This document shows positions 54,942 through 60,582 of a stretch of 60,582 nucleotides of DNA, in pieces. Positions within the stretch are counted from its first letter, which is position 1. Each line of letters begins with the position of its first letter. A program made the translations under genes and the position numbers. The notes beneath the pieces are model-generated. The model was not told where the DNA came from. It made no database searches and saw nothing but the letters and a program-made list of their open reading frames with translations. The DNA lies in the NCBI GenBank assembly GCA_029260905.1, contig JAJDCH010000006.1:1-60582 (forward strand). The letters run 5' to 3'. Source of the DNA: Candidatus Levyibacteriota bacterium (GTDB taxonomy: Bacteria > Patescibacteriota > Microgenomatia > Levybacterales > UBA12049).

Positions 54942-55589
54942 TTTTACAATCTCCCCCGCGACTTCCTCAACGCTCTTTCCAGCATCAATTATCTTAAACT
55001 CCTCAGAAAATTCTTTCAAGAGCCATTCATAACCATGGCAAACCTTCTCTATTTTATTTTTTTCCTCATAAATCTCTTTCTCTCCTCCCTTTTCTGAAAG
55101 TCTTTCTAGTGCTGTTTCTAAAGGCAGCTGAAGATAAAAAGTCTGATCAGGTATGGTAAAAGGCAACGCATGTCCAATCAGAAATTGATATGCCAAGGAA
55201 TAATCATATTCTCCATTCATCCGGTCAAGGATGCCATAAACAATCGCTGACCAAAAAGCCCTATCTGTTATTACAACTTTACCAGCTTTCAAGGCGGGCA
55301 CAATCAACTCTTCATGTTTTATTGCCCTATCTGTTGAAAAAAGATACTGATTGGCAATATCAGGAATTTTTATCTCGCCTGTTAAAACTTTTTCTACAAT
55401 ATCGCCAATTAAGCCTTCTTTTCTAGGCTCTCTCGTAGTTACAACAACACGTCCTTTTTCCTCAAAAAATCTTTTCAACTCATTAACTTGTGTAGTTTTT
55501 CCAGACCCATCTATGCCCTCAAGCGCAATATAAAGCCCCTCGTGGGGATTTCGTTTAAATTCAATGCCAAAATCAATGTGATACTTCAT
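54918..55589 (-). CDS. tmk: Thymidylate (dTMP) kinase
   Basis: EGIDGSGKTTQ, TREP, LFSTDRA, VITDRA, PDQTFYL. Confidence 0.94.
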   Translation of the reverse strand: MKYHIDFGIEFKRNPHEGLYIALEGIDGSGKTTQVNELKRFFEEKGRVVVTTREPRKEGLIGDIVEKVLTGEIKIPDIANQYLFSTDRAIKHEELIVPALKAGKVVITDRAFWSAIVYGILDRMNGEYDYSLAYQFLIGHALPFTIPDQTFYLQLPLETALERLSEKGGEKEIYEEKNKIEKVCHGYEWLLKEFSEEFKIIDAGKSVEEVAGEIVKAINQAAS

Positions 55590-55593
55590 AAAA

Positions 55594-55689
55594 AATCAAC
55601 TAATTTCCAATTAACCAATCATCTAATTATAAACCCTCAAAATGTATTGTTTAATTTGTTGATTGGTTTATTAGATGATTTGTTTATTA
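55594..55689. repeat. Empty inverted octamer-array hairpin
   Basis: AATCAACT-AATTTCC-AATTAACC-AATCATCT-AAT versus ATTGTTTA-ATTTGTTG-ATTGGTTT-ATTAGATG-ATTTGTTT-ATT. Confidence 0.85.
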
Positions 55690-55692
55690 CAA

Positions 55693-56262
55693 CTATTTCT
55701 CCTCGTGAATTCTTGACTCTTCAGGTCCTTTTTGAAATCTGTACTTGGCATATCTTTTCTTGGAATAAGGATTGGTTGACTCACTGCTTAGTTCTTCAAA
55801 AGTCATAGCGCAAATCCGCATCCCAACTGTTAGCTTCAAGGCCATTCTGCCCAAATTTCCAAGCTCAAGAACAGGATTCCCATCCCATCCTGGATCAAAA
55901 ATACTAGCAGTTGAGTGAACAACTAGACCCAAACGACCAAGTGACGAACGCCCCTCAAGCCTACCCATCAGATCAGATGGAATTTTTACTGATTCAAGCG
56001 TGACAGCAAGCACAAATTCCCCAGGTTGCATAATAAAGCTACCATTTTGGGGCACTTTGATAACTTTTGTAATTTCATTGCTGTAGTCTTTCTGCGAAGG
56101 GTCTATGTAGGCGTGTCTCGAATGATCAAAAACCCGAAATGTGTCACCAAGCCTCAAATCAATTGAGCAACTACCAAGCTGTTTGTTCAAATCTGGCTTT
56201 GGTTTTATGAGAATTCTTTTTGAATCCAAAGCTTTTTTGATGTCCTGATCCGATAAAACCAT
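55693..56262 (-). CDS. dcd: dCTP deaminase
   Basis: MVLSDQDI, SIDLRLG, QPGEFVLA, EGRSSLGRLG, DPGWDG, LELGN, RICAM. Confidence 0.94.
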   Translation of the reverse strand: MVLSDQDIKKALDSKRILIKPKPDLNKQLGSCSIDLRLGDTFRVFDHSRHAYIDPSQKDYSNEITKVIKVPQNGSFIMQPGEFVLAVTLESVKIPSDLMGRLEGRSSLGRLGLVVHSTASIFDPGWDGNPVLELGNLGRMALKLTVGMRICAMTFEELSSESTNPYSKKRYAKYRFQKGPEESRIHEEK

Positions 56263-56328
56263 GATAGAAAGTTTACCACGGCTTGGGTATATTGACAATG
56301 CCTTATACATCTAATACGCTTAATTTGT

Positions 56329-58644
56329 ATGCGAAAAAATCTCAAATTCAGGCAAAGACTAAAAAAAATGCTTTTTTTTTCACTTATATTTCTCGGGGTC
56401 ATTGCGCTTAGCCTCACCCCTCTTCCTAAATCCACAATAAACAATCATCTGACTACCATCCTTCTTGCCCAGACAACTGGATCCAGTGGTGGTGATGGTC
56501 CAAATAACGCAGGAAGCGGCGGAAAAGGAGGAGTAAATGGCCAAGCTGGCGAAAAAGGAGAAAACAGCAATACAGCATCTGGTGGAAATGGTGGAAGCGC
56601 AAATGGTGGTGCGGGAGGCAATGGTGGCAATTCCAACTTGTCAACTGGAAAACAAGGCTTTGGCGCAGGTGGCGGTGGCGGTGGCGCATCACTTACAGGC
56701 TTAGGTGGAAGAGGCGGTAACGGTGGCAAAGGTCAAGGCACTGCAGGCGGACAACATGGATTTGGTGGTGGTGGCGGTGGCGGTGGCGCAGGACTAACTG
56801 GCGGACTAGGAGGTAATGGTGGAGAGGGAGCAGGTGGCGGAGGAGGCGCAGATGGGAATGGAGGCGGTGGAGGAACTGGAGGTGCTGGTATAAATGGTGG
56901 AAACGGTGGACAAGGTGGAAATGGAGGCAATGGAAATGGAGGAGGAGGGGGTGCAACTGCCAGAGGCGGTGCAGGAGGAAGCGGAGGTCCTGGCAGCCCA
57001 GGAATCAATAACGGACCAGCTGGACGAGGTGGCACGGGAGGACGCGGAGGCGATATTGACAGCGATAGAAACGGTGGTCGTCCGGGTAGAGGCGGTACAG
57101 GCGGGCGAGGAGGCGATGCTTGTGGCGGACCAGGACTTCCTGGAATAAGCGCAACTGATCCCTCCCCAGGGTCAAGAGTAGGCACAGATGGCGGAACTGG
57201 TGGAATTGGAGGACCAGCGTGTTCTCCACCAACTCCCAGTTGCAATCCCGCAACAGGAACAGTCACATGGACATGGGGAGAGATCAATGGCAGTAGCAAT
57301 GCAACTCTTAGGGTTTACAATCAAGACACTGGAGATTTCTTAAGCGAACAAACAGGACCATCTCCACAACAAACAACCCATCTTGTTCTCAATACTGAAG
57401 GAGAAATAGCATATAATGGCTCGACAGTTTTTTCAACCAGAACAGCTATACAATGTATTCCTCCTACATATACTATTTCAGGAAATATCTTCAACGACAC
57501 AAACAAAAACCGCATAAAAGATTCAACTGAATCAAACTATCTTAAAGCCCCAAACATTTCAATTTCGCCAGACAGAGGCATTATTACAACAAACCCAAAT
57601 GGCACATATAACATCTCAGGAATTTACGCAGGAACTTATACAGTTTCCTATGGATCAATACCTATTTCTGAGGGGTATGTGATGATCCACCCCAAACCAC
57701 CCTCTTTTCAAGTAAAAGTTGGCGCGGGTTGTTTGGTCACAGATCCATCAACTGGTGGTACCTGTACAGCATTAAATAACGTAAACAACCTTAACTTCGC
57801 GATATCCAATTCTTTCCCTTGGATGCAAACATATGATCTGGATATTAGGGTTGACAGTGGTTACAGCAACTTATTGCCAAATCTCAAATATGCATCAGCA
57901 ATTTCCGCATCCGCAACAACACCAGGTATCATATTCACAGGAAATATAAATGCTGATTTTGGAATCGGACAGGCATCAACCAAAAATTGGGTTGTTGGTG
58001 GTGCTGCATATCCTGAAACCTACAGAAAATCAGGAAGCAGCCTCCAAACATCCTACAAATATCTACTTGATAAAGCAATAAGGTCTGGTTCTGAAATAAA
58101 AGATCTTACAACAGTCTGCCCTGTTCTTAGTAACTGCACACTCCCAATCAGTTTACCCAAAGGCATTTATCATGCTGATGGAGATGTTGGTCTTAACGCA
58201 TACACGTTTCCTGCAAATAATCAAATAGTTATACTCGTGAAAGGAAAGATTACGATAAATGGCAATACTTCTACACCAAACAGTTCTTCGGTTGTTTTTT
58301 CAACAAGTGAAGATATAATAGTAGACGAAAACGTAGGAATCAACACTCCAACAAGTCCCCTTCTTCCGCCTGGACAACTACAAGGAATCTTTGTCGCAGG
58401 AAGAAACTTTATTATTAATGGAAATGGAACCAACTGCGCAACTAAAGATAAAATGTTAAATATTGATGGAGCTGTAATTATAAATGCTTTGGGCCTTGGC
58501 GGATCACTTCAAAACAAGCGCGACCTCTGTGGTGACAATGAATCATTTCCTGCTTTTTCAATCAGCCCTAGGCTTGATTTTCTTCTTAATGCGCCAAATT
58601 TTCTAATGCAGACAAATATTTCATCATATGAGGAGACTCCATGA
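56329..58644 (+). CDS. Large secreted/surface protein with long glycine-rich region and SdrD-B-like domain
   Basis: N-terminal TM; about 250 aa of GGxGGxGG repeats; YTISGNIFNDTNKN..KD motif; beta-rich C-terminus. Confidence 0.8.
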   Translation: MRKNLKFRQRLKKMLFFSLIFLGVIALSLTPLPKSTINNHLTTILLAQTTGSSGGDGPNNAGSGGKGGVNGQAGEKGENSNTASGGNGGSANGGAGGNGGNSNLSTGKQGFGAGGGGGGASLTGLGGRGGNGGKGQGTAGGQHGFGGGGGGGGAGLTGGLGGNGGEGAGGGGGADGNGGGGGTGGAGINGGNGGQGGNGGNGNGGGGGATARGGAGGSGGPGSPGINNGPAGRGGTGGRGGDIDSDRNGGRPGRGGTGGRGGDACGGPGLPGISATDPSPGSRVGTDGGTGGIGGPACSPPTPSCNPATGTVTWTWGEINGSSNATLRVYNQDTGDFLSEQTGPSPQQTTHLVLNTEGEIAYNGSTVFSTRTAIQCIPPTYTISGNIFNDTNKNRIKDSTESNYLKAPNISISPDRGIITTNPNGTYNISGIYAGTYTVSYGSIPISEGYVMIHPKPPSFQVKVGAGCLVTDPSTGGTCTALNNVNNLNFAISNSFPWMQTYDLDIRVDSGYSNLLPNLKYASAISASATTPGIIFTGNINADFGIGQASTKNWVVGGAAYPETYRKSGSSLQTSYKYLLDKAIRSGSEIKDLTTVCPVLSNCTLPISLPKGIYHADGDVGLNAYTFPANNQIVILVKGKITINGNTSTPNSSSVVFSTSEDIIVDENVGINTPTSPLLPPGQLQGIFVAGRNFIINGNGTNCATKDKMLNIDGAVIINALGLGGSLQNKRDLCGDNESFPAFSISPRLDFLLNAPNFLMQTNISSYEETP

Positions 58645-58692
58645 TAAACTATTGACAGGGTTTGATTTATTCTATACGATAAATATAAATCA

Positions 58693-59946
58693 ATGAACAA
58701 GAAACTGATTCTAGGACTTATTCTGGCTGTTCTCGCAATAGGCATACCGCTTACGCTTTATGTGATGCAGACTCCACAAGAAACACGAACTCGTGCATCT
58801 GGCAATACCACTCTTACTTTTGAACCTTCATCAACTCAGTCAAATCCTATTCAAAAAAATTCAGGCGATAATGTAAATCTTGACATTTCAATTAATCCAG
58901 GCGGAAGCAACATAGGCTTTGTTCGTTTTGAAGTAAAATTTGATCCAACCAAACTAACCCCAGATACAAATCCTTTTACTTTAAACCAATCTGTATTTTC
59001 AACAATTGTTGAAGGGCCAGTCGTCGAATCAGGAAGAATCGCTGCATCAATCTCTGTTGGAGCAGATCCGACAAAAGTCGTAACACAAACTTCAAAAGTC
59101 GGAACAATTAATCTAAAAGCAATAAATGGTACAGGTGGCACTCCAACAAAAGTTGAATACGGACAACTATCGCAATCACTGTCAACTGGATCAAACGAGG
59201 AGTTTGGACAAGACACTTTGTCAGGAACTACTCCTGCGTATATTGCAATCGGAGGCGGATCCACAACCCCTCAACCAAGCCCAAACCCAACCGGTGATCC
59301 ATGTGGAGGACTAATTCCCGCAAGTGACTGTCCAAGCGTTACTCCCCCTGTGGCAGGTGATACAACAGTTCTTAACTTTGATCTTCTTCTTCATGGAATT
59401 GGAGCAGCAGGAGATAATCCAAATCCTTCTGGAAATAGTTTAAGCAACAAAAACCCGCTTACACCACAAAGACTTATGTCTATTCAGATATATAACAGTA
59501 GCAACCAACTTGTAGCAAGTGAGGCAGGATTTGTTAACTACGACAGTAATGCAGGTTCGTTTAGGGGAGGGATAGATCTAGGTCCTGACTTTCCTGATGG
59601 AAGTTATATCCTAAAAATACAAACAGGAAGATATCTAAAGAAACTTGTTCCTGGAATTCAATCAATAACAGCACTCCAGAATAACAATGTAAAACAAATT
59701 GATCTCGTAGCTGGTGATATAAATGGTGATAATCTCCTAAACGTGCTTGACTATAACGCATTTCTTAATTGTGGATATGGGGTACTCGAGCCACTTCCAA
59801 TTGCTGATCCCAACTCTTTATTTAACTCTTCCGAATGTCAAGTATTTACACCTATTGGCTATGTTGATCTTGATGATAACGGTATTGTAAATAACTTCGA
59901 CTACAATCTATTCTTGAGAGAATTATCCGTTCAAAACGGAGACTAG
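58693..59946 (+). CDS. Surface protein with cohesin-like domain and dockerin-like EF-hand pair
   Basis: VNLDISINPG...FEVKFDPTKL cohesin pattern; GDINGDNLLNVLDY and DLDDNGIVNNFDY repeats. Confidence 0.75.
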   Translation: MNKKLILGLILAVLAIGIPLTLYVMQTPQETRTRASGNTTLTFEPSSTQSNPIQKNSGDNVNLDISINPGGSNIGFVRFEVKFDPTKLTPDTNPFTLNQSVFSTIVEGPVVESGRIAASISVGADPTKVVTQTSKVGTINLKAINGTGGTPTKVEYGQLSQSLSTGSNEEFGQDTLSGTTPAYIAIGGGSTTPQPSPNPTGDPCGGLIPASDCPSVTPPVAGDTTVLNFDLLLHGIGAAGDNPNPSGNSLSNKNPLTPQRLMSIQIYNSSNQLVASEAGFVNYDSNAGSFRGGIDLGPDFPDGSYILKIQTGRYLKKLVPGIQSITALQNNNVKQIDLVAGDINGDNLLNVLDYNAFLNCGYGVLEPLPIADPNSLFNSSECQVFTPIGYVDLDDNGIVNNFDYNLFLRELSVQNGD

Positions 59947-59964
59947 ACAATCTAATTATTTATT

Positions 59965-60582
59965 ATGCAAAGACCTTCAAAAAATTCATTAATAACAATT
60001 GGTCTTATTGCCCTTCTTCTTGTCGGACTTCCGGCAGCTTTTTTTCTATCTCAAACCCCTCAAGACACAAGATCAAAAGCAGCTGGTGGAACAACTTGTA
60101 GTAGCGAACTTATTCAAGGCAATCTTAACGGAGACATTGTTGGAAACAATTGTAAAGTTGAAGGAAGCGTAAGGGGAAATGTACGTGGAAACAATAATAT
60201 AGTTGAGGGACATGTAACAAATGATGTTATAGGAGACAAAAATAGCATTGACGGAAACGTTTCAGGCTGTGTTAATGGAGATAAAAATAAGATTGAAGGA
60301 CATGTAAAAGGAACCGTTAGTGGCGTAGGAAACATAGTTGAAGGAAGTGTTCTTAATAGAAGTGAGAACTGTAACGGTGGTGGTAATGGTGGTGGACCGA
60401 CTCCCACCAATTCACCAACCCCTCGCTGCGCTGACAACATTGACAACGATAACAATGGTGTAAAGGATGCAGCAGATTCATCTTGTCACACTGATGGTAA
60501 TCCCAACAACCCCAACAGTTATGATCCCAACAAAAATGGTGAGAATGGAGGCGGTGGCACTTGTGCAGATTCAAAAGACAAT
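59965..60582 (+). CDS. Surface protein, partial (runs off window), with 15-aa beta-solenoid repeats and Cys/Asp Ca-binding repeats
   Basis: Hand translated: MQRPSKNSLITIGLIALLLVGLPAAFFLSQTPQDTRSKA...five GxVxGxVxGxxNxVE-type repeats...CADNIDNDNNGVKDAADSSC. Confidence 0.8.
   Translation, partial: MQRPSKNSLITIGLIALLLVGLPAAFFLSQTPQDTRSKAAGGTTCSSELIQGNLNGDIVGNNCKVEGSVRGNVRGNNNIVEGHVTNDVIGDKNSIDGNVSGCVNGDKNKIEGHVKGTVSGVGNIVEGSVLNRSENCNGGGNGGGPTPTNSPTPRCADNIDNDNNGVKDAADSSCHTDGNPNNPNSYDPNKNGENGGGGTCADSKDN

Noticed and set aside
56445-57515. Pro-rich and His-rich ORFs on the minus strand
   Set aside because: Shadow frames of the glycine-rich plus-strand gene.

Overview
About 60 kb of an AT-rich bacterial chromosome using genetic code 11. 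Gene content, orphan-rich gene order and protein styles suggest a Patescibacteria/CPR genome, probably Microgenomates (inference). It carries housekeeping clusters: sugar/pentose-phosphate (glycerate kinase, two-subunit transketolase, FAD oxidoreductase, class I aldolase, PfkB); uppS-cysS; recR-prs-prs-ybaB-dnaX-ybeY-rpsU; proS, rseP, frr-tsf-rpsB; and a thymidylate cycle cluster (glyA, folA, thyA, dut-like, tmk, dcd). It also has a RelE/Phd-type toxin-antitoxin pair and a terminal cluster of surface proteins. No tRNA, rRNA, CRISPR array, transposase or integrase was recognised. The strongest unexplained signal is a pervasive repeat system. At least 12 gene junctions hold hairpin-forming inverted arrays of degenerate 7-mer or 8-mer repeats, in three sequence classes, usually running from the upstream stop codon to near the downstream start codon. 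Two of them enclose a four-helix-bundle (IVP/Avd-like) gene in the loop, one intact and one internally deleted; the rest are empty. Single arms of such repeats occur in frame inside DnaX, ProS, RseP and possibly RecR, and a 7-mer repeat frameshifts thyA. Other candidates are a 167-bp inverted-repeat insertion in prs, twin 38-bp palindromes bracketing a PiT-like gene, a GC-rich structured element at 37910-38008, two unannotated small ORFs and widespread leaderless promoters.
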